Counted from the stretch's first letter, positions 26,600 through 39,019 are shown. The stretch: 64,000 nucleotides of DNA from Octopus sinensis (GCF_006345805.1 NC_042999.1:4650001-4714000), one strand, 5' to 3'. A program made the numbers and translations. Notes: generated by a model not told the origin, from the letters alone.

Positions 26600-27156
26600 G
26601 TGAGTTCATGTTAGAATATCTTTTAAAAGAATATGATCTGTTCATAGACAACGAAATCTATGTTTATTGGCATTCTTCAGTTTCTGATATGTTTTAAACA
26701 TGCTTAAATCTAGTTGAGATAAAAGGGGATTAAAACTTGATAGCTTATCTTTCAATTATGCCCAATATTTTTTCTACTTTTGATATTCATCATCATCATC
26801 ATCATCATTTAACGTCCATTGTCCATGGGTTGGACAGTTTGACCAGGATTGGTAAGCTGGAAGGCTGCACCAAATTCCAGTCTGATTTAGCATGACTTTC
26901 TGTAGTTGGATGCCCTTCCTAATGCCAACCACTCCAAGAGTGTAATGGGTGCCTTTATGTGCCACCAGCATGGGTGCCACTTGCATGACACCAGTATCTG
27001 CCATGACACACAGATTCAAGCATGGCTCTGTGGTAAGACACTTGCTCCTCAACCACATGATTTTGGGTTTAGTCCCACAGTGTGACACCTTGGGCAAGTG
27101 TCTCCCACCACAGCCTCAAGCCAACTAAATACTTGTGAGTGGATCTAATATTATTA

Positions 27157-27525
27157 TTACCTATGCCTTCGCTAAGGTGGAGGTATTGTTTTTACTTGTG
27201 TTTGTTTGTTTGTCCATGGATAAGATATCTCAAGAACCGCTGGATGGATTTGAATGAAACTTTGAGGGATGTTTGGCCTCATGACTGGCACAAACTGATT
27301 AGATTTTGAGATAGATCTGGTCCCAGACAAAGATTCTGGATTATTTTTAGTTTTCTTGTTTTTTTTTTTTACTTAATTTTTGAGAGTGGTCAGGTTCATT
27401 TTTAGTATTCTCGTTTGTGAGAGCGATTTTATTTCAGATATTCTCATTTTAAAAATCATCTCTGGCTAATCGTTGAGAGGATATTGCTTGCCTTGGCAGA
27501 AGTTTACACTCTCTGAGTGCTCTTG
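27157..27525 (+). mobile_element. HINE/DINE-like (Helentron-associated) element
   Basis: Subterminal inverted motifs CCTTCGCTAAGG / CCTTGGCAGAAG, a GTTT microsatellite near the 5' end and a 3' hairpin CACTCTCTGAGTG. Confidence 0.5.
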
Positions 27526-29240
27526 GTACTATTGTTGTTGTTGTTGTTGTTTATTTAATTTGTGATATTTGACGATTTTTCCATTGTTTTTCTTTGTACA
27601 CTTTCTTTTATTTCATTTGCTAATTTATCCCCTGTCTTATTTCCATTCATATCCATAGACACAGGCGTGACTGTGTGGTAAGAAGCTTGCTGGCAGAAAT
27701 GTTAGCACGCCAGGCAAAATGCTTAGCGGTATTTCGTCTGCCGCTACTTTCTGAGTTTGTCCTTCATCATCATCATCATCATCATCATTGTTTAGCGCCT
27801 GCTTTCCATGCTAGCATGGGTTGGACGGTTCAACTGGGGTCTGTGAAGCCAGAAGGCTGCATCAGGCCCAGTCTGATCTGGCAGTGTTTCTATGGCTGGA
27901 TGCCCTTCCTAATGCCAACCACTCCGTGAGTGTAGTGGGTGCTTTTACGTGCCACCCGCACAGGTGCCAGACGGAGCTGGCAAACGGCCATGAACGGATG
28001 GTGCTTTTTACGTGCCACTGGCACAGGGGCCAGGTGAGGCTGGCAACGGACACGAATGGATGGTGCTTTTACGTGGATAGTAAAGAAATAGGTATTTTGT
28101 CTGCCGTTAGTTTCCGAGTTCAAATTCCGTCAAGGTCGACTTCGCCTTTCATCCTTTCGGGATCGATAAATTAAGTACTTGTTAGACACTGGGGTCAATA
28201 TAATCGACTTAATCCCTTTGTCTGTCCTTATTTGTCCCCTCTATATTTATCCCCTTGTGGGCAATAAAGAAATAAGGAGCTCGCTTTTCAAACACATAGT
28301 TCTGGGTTCAGTTGCACTGTGTAGTACTTTGGACAAGTGTCTTCTACTTTAGCCTTGGGCTGACCGTGTGTGTGTGTATTTGTTCCCCACCACTGCTTGA
28401 GAACTGCTGATGGTGTGTTTACATTCCTATAACTCAGGGCATTTCAGAAAAAGAGACCAATAGAATAAGCACTCAGCTTAAAATTAAAAACATAAATACT
28501 AGAGTCAATTCATTCAACTAAAATTTCTTCAAGGCAGCGTGCCCCAGCATGGCCACAGTCTAATGACTGCAACAAGTAAAAGACAAAAAGATAAAGATGT
28601 TTATATAAATTTGCATTTAAATCATTGCTGTGTGGTAAGGAGCTAAGCGCAGGAGTGGCCGTGTGGTAAGTAGTTTGCTTACCAACCACTGGGTTCTGGG
28701 TTCAGTCGCACTGTGTAGTACTTTGGACAAGTGTCTTCTACTTTAGCCTTGGGCTGACCGTGTGTGTGTGTATTTGTTCCCCACCACTGCTTGAGAACTG
28801 CTGATGGTGTGTTTACATTCCTATAACTCAGGGCATTTCAGAAAAAGAGACCAATAGAATAAGCACTCAGCTTAAAATTAAAAACATAAATACTAGAGTC
28901 AATTCATTCAACTAAAATTTCTTCAAGGCAGCGTGCCCCAGCATGGCCACAGTCTAATGACTGCAACAAGTAAAAGACAAAAAGATAAAGATGTTTATAT
29001 AAATTTGCATTTAAATCATTGCTGTGTGGTAAGGAGCTAAGCGCAGGAGTGGCCGTGTGGTAAGTAGTTTGCTTACCAACCACTGGGTTCTGGGTTCAGT
29101 CCCACAGTGTAGCCTCTTGGGCAAGTGTCTTCTACTATAGCCTCGGGCCAACCAAAGCCTTGTGAGTGGATTTGGTAGACAGAAACTAAAAGAAGCCCAT
29201 CGTATATATTTATGTATGTATATATATGTGTGTGTGTGTG

Positions 29241-29282
<42 letters not shown>

Positions 29283-29820
29283 TGTTTGTGTGTGTGTGTG
29301 TGTATATGTTTGTGTGTCTGTGTTTGTTCCCCCAGCATCGCTTGACAACCGATGCTGGTGTGTTTATGTCCCTGTAACTTAGTGATTCAGCAAAAGAGAC
29401 CGATAAAATAAGTAATGGGCTTACAAAGAATAAGTCCTGGGGTCGATTTGCTCGACTAAAGGCGGTGCTCCAGCATGGCCACAGTCAAATGACTGAAACA
29501 AACAAACAATTAAAAGATTATATGTCTGTTTATAACAGTTTGTTTTAATCCTGACTCTCTTTATCCCGAAGGAATTATTTCAGATTTCAATAACCTGCCA
29601 ATAACCAATAAGTTTGTTTCCCAACAACGATAATTCTTGAGCTGGTGGTGAGGGGGGTGGGGGGCGAGAGGAAGCCAGAGAATGAAGATGTTTGACTGGA
29701 GGAAGAGAGATGAATGAATGTGAAGTGGGAGAAAGGACTGGGTGATGTTGTAAGAGACAGAAATAAATGAAGGAGGAACAAGTCGTGATTTGTCAAAGGC
29801 AGGAATATGTCATGATACAA

Positions 29821-30017
29821 GAGAGGAGGGAGGGAGGGAGAGAGAGAGAAGGAGGGAGAGAGAGAGAAGGAGGGAGAGAGAGAGAGAGAAGGAGGGAGAG
29901 AGAGAGAAGGAGGGAGAGAGAGAGAGAAGGAGGGAGAGAGAGAGAGAGAGAAGGAGGGAGAGAGAGAGAAGGAGGGAGAGAGAGAGAAGGAGGGAGAGAG
30001 AGGGGGAGAGAGAGAGG
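29821..30017. repeat. Polypurine compound repeat (GAGGGAGAGAGAGAGAAG-like units)
   Basis: About 200 bp consisting almost entirely of G and A, in 18-22-bp units. Confidence 0.9.
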
Positions 30018-30292
30018 CTAGAGTAGAAAAGATGAGAGTTCAGGAAATGCCATGCAAAACCACACCCTACTTGTTGCTGAGTGTATGACCCTTCTTCTGT
30101 GTGACTGATCCAGTTAGCAAAAGTATGCAGCTGTCCCAGATTAGAATCATGTGATTGAGTAACACAGATATTTGTACTTTTCGTTTTTTATTTTTTTTAT
30201 TGTTATTTTAAATGACTTTAGTTATTCCGGTTCATACGGAGGAAACCAAACTTGATACAGCTTTCTTTCCTGCTTATCCCTTTAACATTTAA

Positions 30293-31002
30293 CCCTTTAG
30301 TTACCAACCCGGCTGAAATCACCTCTGGCTCTGTAGTACAAATGTCTTGTTTTCATAAGTTCTGAATAAAGATCTTCCACCAAACCTTAGTCACAATTTA
30401 TGTTCTAACATTAGTTGAATGATAACTAAGTTATTTTACTAAATTCTTTGTTATATTTAAAGTAATTGAAAGAAACACAGAGCATCTCAATAGAAATATG
30501 GTAGCAAAAGGGTTAAAGTTACCATGATATTTTTAACCCTTTAGTTACCAACCCGGCTGAAATCACCTCTGGCTCTGTAGTACAAATGTCTTGTTTTCAT
30601 AAGTTCTGAATAAAGATCTTCCACCAAACCTTAGTCACAATTTATGTTCTAACATTAGTTGAATGATAACTAAGTTATTTTACTAAATTCTTTGTTATAT
30701 TTAAAGTAATTGAAAGAAACACAGAGCATCTCAATAGAAATATGGTAGCAAAAGGGTTAAAGTTACCATGATATTTTTAACCCTTTAGTTACCAACTTGG
30801 CTGAAATCACCTCTGGCTCTGTAGTACAAATGTCTTGTTTTCATAAGTTTTGAATTAAAATCTTCCACCAAACCTTAGTCTCAATTTATGTTCCTAACAC
30901 TAGCTGAACAATAACTAAGTTATTTTACTAAATTCTTCGTTATATTTCAAATTAATTGAAAGAAACACAGAGCATCTCAAAATAAATACAGTAATGAAAG
31001 GG
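30293..31002. mobile_element. Three tandem piggyBac-type MITEs (about 220 bp each, 244-bp period)
   Basis: Each unit is TTAA|CCCTTT...AAAGGG|TTAA: units 30293-30512, 30537-30756 and 30781-31002. The first two are identical. Confidence 0.8.
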
Positions 31003-31438
31003 TTAAACCAGCTATGTCTGACACAAATATTCTACCTCTTTTATACTCAACCCATTCAGATCTGGCTTTTCCCACCTACCTTACAATGTAATTCTGAAAG
31101 TATACAATCTCATCATTGAAATCTGAAAGCTACAAGATAATACAAGATTAACACAAAACGATATGAATGAACAAGCATTACATATGAAAGAATAGTATTA
31201 AATGATAAAAGGTTAACCAGTGCAGTTAGCAGTTTGCATTTTCTAGATTCATCTAGCAACAAGTGAATAGCGATTAATTTAAGTGGCAAATATACTTCAC
31301 GTTGTCGTGCAGCTACTGTTTATACCACGTTCAGAGATTTATTATTGCTTGTTTACACTTTTTCGAGATCAGTGATTTTTTGTCACTGGAAAAAGGATAT
31401 AAATATTTGCATTAGAACCCCTTCGCATCGGAGACCGG

Positions 31439-31495
31439 TGATTGTCGTGCGCTGACGACGGGTAAATACTCAGAAACCCAGGTCCATACGTATCA
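31439..31495 (+). ncRNA. Type I hammerhead ribozyme motif
   Basis: TGAT-TGT-CGTGCG | CTGACGA | C GGGT AAAT ACTC A | GAAAC CCAG GTC | CATACG-T-ATCA. The core is intact with a GUC cleavage triplet. Stem I has a distal bulge and extension; there are two C-A mismatches. Confidence 0.75.
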
Positions 31496-34437
31496 TGTCA
31501 GGTTGACGATGGGAAGGATGGCTTCCCTTTGCAAATACTGATAGGGCACAGAGGGTGTGTCAATAGCCAGCTGGAGAAGATGTTCTCCTGGGGCTACAAG
31601 CTACAGTAGTATCCACTCTTAGTGGTTAGCCATATTTAAGTGGCAAATATACTTCACATTGTCGTGCAGCTACTGTTCATACCTCGTTTAGAGATTTATT
31701 AGAGATTAATCCTTTTAATGAAAAATAAGGTATTTAAAGGGTAGATCTTAAGCAGGCCAATATATTTTTCCCTATTTGAGAGGAGTTTTTCAACAGCTTC
31801 AAGATAGATCATACTTATATCATTTCTTATCCATCTCCTTTATTGAAATTTGATATTGTTAATTTTATTATTACACAATCTCAAGTGTATTTCTTTGATT
31901 TTAACAACATGCTATGTTGAAATCATGATTTTCAATTAACATTTCAGATAAGTTTCCATTTCTAATCTGGTTGCAGCCAGATAACGAGAATATTAATAGT
32001 TTTTTTTGCAATGTCAATGGTTGAGTCATTTATTTGCTCATTTGTTTTACATTCATTTTTGCATACCAGCATGGGTTAGGTGAATATATTATTTAGACAT
32101 CATTTTGTAGCTGGATGCCCTTCCTGTTGCTAATCCTTACCTGTTTTTCAAGTGAGGTATCATTATTTCACATGTCTTCAAAGGGGTCAAGTGAACTGAG
32201 AATTTTTGAAAGGAGAATTAACAATAACAATGTTGCTTATAGCAAGCAACTTTCATAGACTACAAATATGAACTCATGCACATATACATGCTCGTTGCAT
32301 GCATGTACACATAGATGCACACACAGGCATAAACATGCCATGATAGATCGTTAGCCACTACACACATTTTTTTTTCTCGCCTTGTTTCTCTCCTTGTTTT
32401 TTCTGTGTCCCTTTCTGTAGAAGAGTGTAGGCTCGAAACATAAAAGACTTTTTCTATTCCTGAGCGTTATACTAAAACATCTGTTTGTTTTGCACACCAC
32501 CTGTCTTTATCTTTTGTTTTTTTCGTAAACTCTCCCTATATACATACATATGTATGTATTATTCTTAAACAAAAATATTATTATGATTTTGAAGTTTTGG
32601 CCAGTTAAGCCATTGTTGGACTGCTCTAATTGACCGACAGTTCAGAGTCACTTTCAGTAATATTCTTGTTGAAGAATAACAAATTTGTACTCTCCAAAAG
32701 TAGGTGCAGGTGTAGCTGTGTGGTAAGAAGCTTACAGAAGCTTCTTACCACAAAGCGAGCTGGCAGAAGCATTAGTACGCCAGGCAAAATGCTTAGCAGT
32801 ATTTCGTCTGCCACTACGTTCTGAGTTTAAATTCCACCGAGGTCGACTTTGCCTTTCATCCTTTCGGGGTCGATTAAATAAGTACCAGTTACGCACTAGG
32901 GTCGATGTAATTGACTTAATCCGTTTCTCTGTCCTTGTTTGTCCCCTCTGTGTTTAGCCCCTTGTGGGTAGTAAAGAACTAAGTATTTTGTCTGCCATTA
33001 CGTTCTGAGTTCAAATTCCACCGAGGTCGACTTTGCCTTTCATCCTTTCGGGGTCGATAAATTAAGTACCAGTTATGCACTGGAGTCTATGTAATCGACT
33101 TAATCCCCTTATCTGTCCTTGTTTGTCCCTTCTATGGTTAGCCCCTTGTGGGTAATAAAGAAATAAGAAGCTTGCTTCCCAACCACATGGTTGTTTGCTT
33201 ACCAATCACATGGTCCTGGGTTCAGTCCCACTATGTGACACCTCGGGCAAGTGTCCTTTACAATACCCTTGGGTCAATCAAAGCTGTGTGAGTGGATTTG
33301 GTAGATGGAAACTGAAAGTAGACCATCATATATATATCATCTGGCATGGGTGAGAGAGTATGACTGGGATTGGTAAGCCGGTAAGTGGTGCACAGTTCCA
33401 GTCTGATCTGGCATGGTTTCTATGTTGAATTCCCTTCCTAACACCAACCACTCCAAGCTACTAGCACGGTTGCATATACATGTCACCAGCACAGGTGCTT
33501 TGATGAGTCATTGGCATGGGAGCTTTTGTGTGACACCATCACAGGTGCTTCTTACATGACAGCAGTATCGGCCATGACTACAATTTCACTTGGTTTGATG
33601 AGTCTTCTCAAGCACAGCAAATCACCAAAGGTCTCCATCATTTATTATTGCCTCCATGAGACCCAACATTTAAAGATCATGCTTCAACACTTTGTCCCAT
33701 GTCTTTCTGGGTCTACCTCTCCCATAGGTTCCCTACACATTTAGAGATCGGTACAGGCTGACGGAAGAAAAGCAGGACGAAAACAGCTTTATCGATCGCA
33801 TTCTCACCTGGAATCGATTTTTGTAATTTTTTAAAGACTTACACACACCCTGATACCGTCGGTATCTACATATCAAATTTGAGCGCAATCGTATGGAGGA
33901 TGCCTGAGATCCTAGAAGACACACACACAGACAGACAAAACGAATTTTATATAATAGATAATCTATAATTTTTAATTTTTAATTCTCAACTTTATGAAGT
34001 ATAATTTTTAATTTTTAATGTTTAATTTAATGTTTAATTTACCACTTAATTTTAAGGTGATGTAAAATTAGATTAACAATATTTTGAAAAAGAACCTGAA
34101 GATGTGTTGATAGAATTGTAAATATGATGATTGCACATATATATTTATATGTGTAAGTGTATGTATATGTATATATATATATTATAATCTTCCAAAACTG
34201 AAACACGTGTAGTTCTTTCATAATTTATAATTTTAATTTTAACTTAAGTAGGTGATAAAGAAGTATATTTTATACCCTGCTGATATACTGGCTATATCCT
34301 TTAAAGTATCATTTCCTGATGTGAAAATAGATACCACGAGTTTACCTTCAGATATATTCATTAGGTTATTTTTTTGTATTATTTGAAATAGAATAACCAT
34401 ATATCTATTACTCCCAAAAACTGAATCATATACATGT

Positions 34438-34750
34438 ATGTATAAAATATAAATTAGAGATAAAACCACTGTTATGCAACTCAAACAGTGATAGACATAA
34501 ACCAATACATAAATAACAAATAATATATATTTTTATAAAACATATAACTTATAACTAGATCTCAAAAAGTATAAAATGAATGATAAATATATAAAATAAC
34601 AAATAATAAGTATATAAAATAATAACATTCATTCTATACTTTTTGAGATCTAGTTATATGTTTTATTATTTGTTTTTTATGTTTTGGTTTATGTCTATCA
34701 CTGTTTGAGTTGCATAATAGTGGTTTTATCTCTAATTTATATTTTATATA
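34438..34750. repeat. Foldback quasi-palindrome
   Basis: 34442-34505 pairs with 34684-34747, and 34551-34582 pairs with 34626-34657. Confidence 0.9.
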
Positions 34751-34804
34751 TTCATATTGTGAAATTTGAATTTTTCCCTGTAAGTTTGGAGTTATACTCC
34801 CTAA

Positions 34805-34890
<86 letters not shown>

Positions 34891-35329
34891 TATATATATT
34901 ATATATACACACATACACAGCTTTAGTCAACCAAATTGTTTCATAAGATTTGGGTCAAGCGAGGGTTATACTCAAAGACCCTTGTTCCAAATGTTGTACA
35001 GTGGACCAAAAACCATGTGACTCTGAATCAAACTTCTTAACCACACAGCTATGCCCCTCTTATCTATCTAATTCCCCTTCCCACTGCAAATCACTTATTG
35101 TTAGTGTAACCATGGCGACAGAGCCTATTACGTTTCCTCTATGATTCATCACCAGTCACATAGATAGATCAATATATCCCTGTGTCACTGCCAGATATTC
35201 CCATTTTCTCTCCACATAGAGACTAACAACTTAATATAGACCTTTCCTTCTTCCTCTTCCTAGACAGAATTCCCTTTCTGACTGTCTGTCTGTCTGTCTA
35301 TCAATCTATCTATCCATCTATCTATCTTT

Positions 35330-35450
35330 TGATTTTACAATCCCTTTTGATCGAAAACCAAACCCCCTTTTTATCCCCAAAAGAAAAGCTCTACCTTGTA
35401 ATTTGTCCTGTCTGTGTGCAGCCCTGTGTGGCTAATAAAGAAACATATCT
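35330..35450 (+). mobile_element. Very short 3'-end copy of the same Tx1-like element
   Basis: Aligns by eye with 37830-37965 (AAAAGAAAAGCTCTACCTTGTAATTTG...GTGCAGCCCTGTGTGGCTAATAAAGAAACATATCT). CTGT/CTAT repeats lie on both sides. Confidence 0.85.
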
Positions 35451-35454
35451 TTCC

Positions 35455-35518
<64 letters not shown>

Positions 35519-35550
35519 GTCTGTCTGTCTATCTATCTATCCATCTATCT

Positions 35551-37965
35551 TGTTTGGACTTGTTTGGAGACGTCTTAGCAGCGGTATACTGCAACTGGCA
35601 GCAAAACAGGAGCATACCCGGTTTTGTGAGTCGAGGAGCTGTAACTCTGCTGAAGAAAGATCCAAACAAGGGAAACATTATAGATAACTTTAGGCCAATC
35701 ACTCTGCTCAATGCAGACCTGAAAATTTTGACAAAGGTGTTAGCCAAGAGGTTGGCGCTTGTCATGGAGAAACTGGTCGACAACACACAAACGTGCGCCG
35801 TGCCGGGCCGGAGCATCCATGACAACCTCCATCTGATGCGCTACATCATAGACAGGGTAGTTAACGAACCTGGCATGGGTGGGGCCCTGATCAACTTGGA
35901 TCAATCGAAAGCCTTTGATAGGGTAGACCATCGATACTTGGAGGCAGTCCTGAGAGCGGCTGGTTTCGGTCCCGTCTTCCGCAGCTGGATAGGTGCCTTG
36001 TACAGAGGCATCCGTTCGGTAATTCGCGTAAATGGACATCTATTGAGACCCTTCGACATTGTACGTTCGGTCCGTCAGGGATGCCCCCTCTCGGCGCTTC
36101 TATACGTATTGACTCTTGAGCCACTACTGCGGAAGCTGGCGACTCTGAGGGGCATCCCACGAGAATTAGGATGCGGGACGAGCGTGTCTGCATACGCGGA
36201 CGACGTCACCGTCATAGTGTCAAGCCACGAGCACATCGAGCGGGTCGGCGAGACACTGAAAGACTACGAAGCGGTGACAGGAGCAAAAATCAACCAGGAA
36301 AAGTCAGTGGGCTTGCGGCTCGGCACCTGGAGAAGCAAGCCCATGCCGTCCACCAGTACCTCCGTCGTGGGACGCTGGACAGACGGCCCGGTTGAGTTGC
36401 TCGGGGTCTGGTTCGGTCCGGACCTCCAAATGGAGAAGAACTGGAACGAGATAACGAGTAGGGTGGTCACTCTCGCCCAGCAATGGGCCGAGAGGAAACT
36501 GTCCCTAAAAGGTCGGGCGGAGGTGGTGAACGCGTACATCGCGTCCATCATCTACTACCGCCTGACCGTCGTACCTTGTCCCGACCCTACCATCACCAAG
36601 CTAGAACGCATCCTCTTCCGCTTCTTGTGGAAAGGATGCGTCCCGATGGTCAGGCGATCCATTTGCTGTCAACACCCGTTAAAAGGAGGGCTGGGCATGC
36701 TGTGGTTGATGATGCGCAGACACGCGCTGAGACTGCGACATCTCCGGCTCTATGTAGACGACGGTGAACAGGTGTGGTCGCCGTTTGTGAGGCACGCATT
36801 CCCGCAACTCGTCTCCATGACCGAACTACAGTCGTGGATCAAAAAGAGGCCGAGGAAGGGCGAATGGCACCGCAGGTGTCGCGTTGCTCTCAAGCAACTC
36901 TGCTGTCCCGGGTCGACCTTGAGTGACTTCAACACAACCAAAGCATTCTATAGGGGATTAGTGGAGGGGAGGTACGACGACGAGCTCGGGGCAAACCTGG
37001 GCGTCGACGAGGAATACCTGACCCGCCTGTTTCAAACGACTTTCGGCCCGGGACCTATGGACAACTTCCAGAGATCCCTGGCCTGGCGGTGCTACCGAGA
37101 AGCGCTACCCGTTCGGGATAAGCTCTATAGGCATGGCTCGAGAAACACGGGGCCGACCTGCCCGAGATGTGGGCAGAGCGACGAAACCGCTCTGCACGCA
37201 ATCGTGCAGTGTCCAGCAATTTCCCACCTGTGGGCTTATGTCGAATGACTGCTGTCACGTGTGGAACATGTCGGTTTATCAGCCGAGTCTATCGTTAATA
37301 TCGTCACGCCTCCTTCCTTCAAACGGGAAGGAAGAGCTATTTTTATCATACTTGTGGCTATGGCGAAAGAATGTATCTGGTGGACGCGTCTGAAAGGATT
37401 AGAGACAAACACTTTCCTTCTGGTCAATCTCTCATCAACTTCTTCAAGTATCACTTGAAGAAAAAGTGAGAGTAGAGAGGCAAGTTTGTCTAGTGAATGT
37501 TTTAAAAAAAGATGGGTGAATGTAGCAAGGATGGCACGTATGAATGACGAAGCCACCTTGACTATGATTCTATGAACCGTAAAAATTAATACAGAGAGTT
37601 GCTTATTTGCAATAAAAAAAAAAAAAAAAAAAGAAATATAACATGTGACTTCATTGACCGAGGTTACCGTGGTCTTTTCCGTAGGCTTTTCTTTCCACGG
37701 GTAAACCTCACCCGTCCTCCCCTTTACACTTCATATTGACATTTCTGTGATAACGATCCCTATTGATCAATTTTTTTTCCTCTCCCCCTTTTTTTTTACC
37801 CCCCCCCCTTTTTTTGTCCTCTTTCTCTCCTTTTACGATCCCTTTTGATCGACACCCCCTTTTTTTTTTTTTTAAAAAAAAATTTTTTTTACCTTCAAAA
37901 GAAAAGCTCTACCTTGTAATTTGTTCTATCTGTGTGCAGCCCTGTGTGGCTAATAAAGAAACATA
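35551..37965 (+). mobile_element. 5'-truncated Tx1/L1-group non-LTR retrotransposon (ORF2 RT + CCHC + 3'UTR)
   Basis: RT motifs FRPITLLNADLKIL, LDQSKAFDRVDH, VRQGCPLS and AYADDV, plus C-terminal CPRCGQSDETALHAIVQC. The frame is open to TGA at 37248, then continues with small frameshifts to about 37575. GC-rich relative to the host; the 3'UTR ends GCTAATAAAGAAACATATCT; both flanks are (CTAT)n. Confidence 0.95.
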
Positions 37966-37972
37966 TCTATCC

Positions 37973-38015
<43 letters not shown>

Positions 38016-38017
38016 CA

Positions 38018-38048
<31 letters not shown>

Positions 38049-38059
38049 CTATCTATCCA

Positions 38060-38131
<72 letters not shown>

Positions 38132-38133
38132 CA

Positions 38134-38181
<48 letters not shown>

Positions 38182-38183
38182 CA

Positions 38184-38243
<60 letters not shown>

Positions 38244-38249
38244 CATCTC

Positions 38250-38287
<38 letters not shown>

Positions 38288-39019
38288 CATCTCTCTCTCT
38301 ATCTATCTATCTATCTATCTATATATATATATATTATATATATATATAAATCAAAAAAGCAACAAGGATATCCAGAAGATATCCTTGTTGCTTATTTTGA
38401 TTTTAATCTCCTTATTTTAAATTGTATGGGTAATACCATACTAAATTCTGGTGTCTCAACTTAAGTATCATATTCATCTGAATCTATGTGTGTGTGTATG
38501 TATATATATACATATATATATATACACACACACACATATTATAACACACATGCATACATACTTAAATGGTGGGAGTTGACTCTTGACCAAGTAAGACCAC
38601 TTCTTAAACTCAGTCTTTGTAGATTTTCAGAGCAAGAACTTCCTGTTTGTGAATTTACTTTGAGTGGATAAAGTATTACACAGCAATGAGCCAACTTTTC
38701 AGCACAATCAGTTATAAAATCTGCCACAACAAAGGTTAAGACAACCAGGACCCAGCAGTACTTCAGGGCTTTTATACATGTCTACTTTTTCATAGAAGAA
38801 TGTTCAAACAGGAACTGGCATGTGATTTTAAACTGCCCTTGGTAGTGAGGCCCTGTTTTATAGTTATCAGGTTTTTGAGGAGTGTGGAACCACCTCTTAG
38901 CCTCTATTGTGACCAGGTCTGATCTAACCCAGGGTGGGAGCACCTGTTACGGTCCCAGCTGTGGATTAGCAAGTGAACAAATGGGAATAAAGGACATACA
39001 TAATCCACATACATATCCA

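Noticed and set aside
30222-30292. Phase-1 exon VIPVHTEETKLDTAFF after a strong pyrimidine tract
   Set aside because: No GT donor before the stop and the MITE insertion.
34239-34440. Overlapping short ORFs on both strands in AT-rich DNA
   Set aside because: No recognisable homology; phase incompatible with the lectin gene; partly produced by the adjacent palindrome.
35329-35550. N-terminal part of the 639-aa ORF as real protein
   Set aside because: It is read-through of a TE 3'UTR fragment and (CTAT)n (YLSI repeats); true ORF2 homology starts at about 35556.
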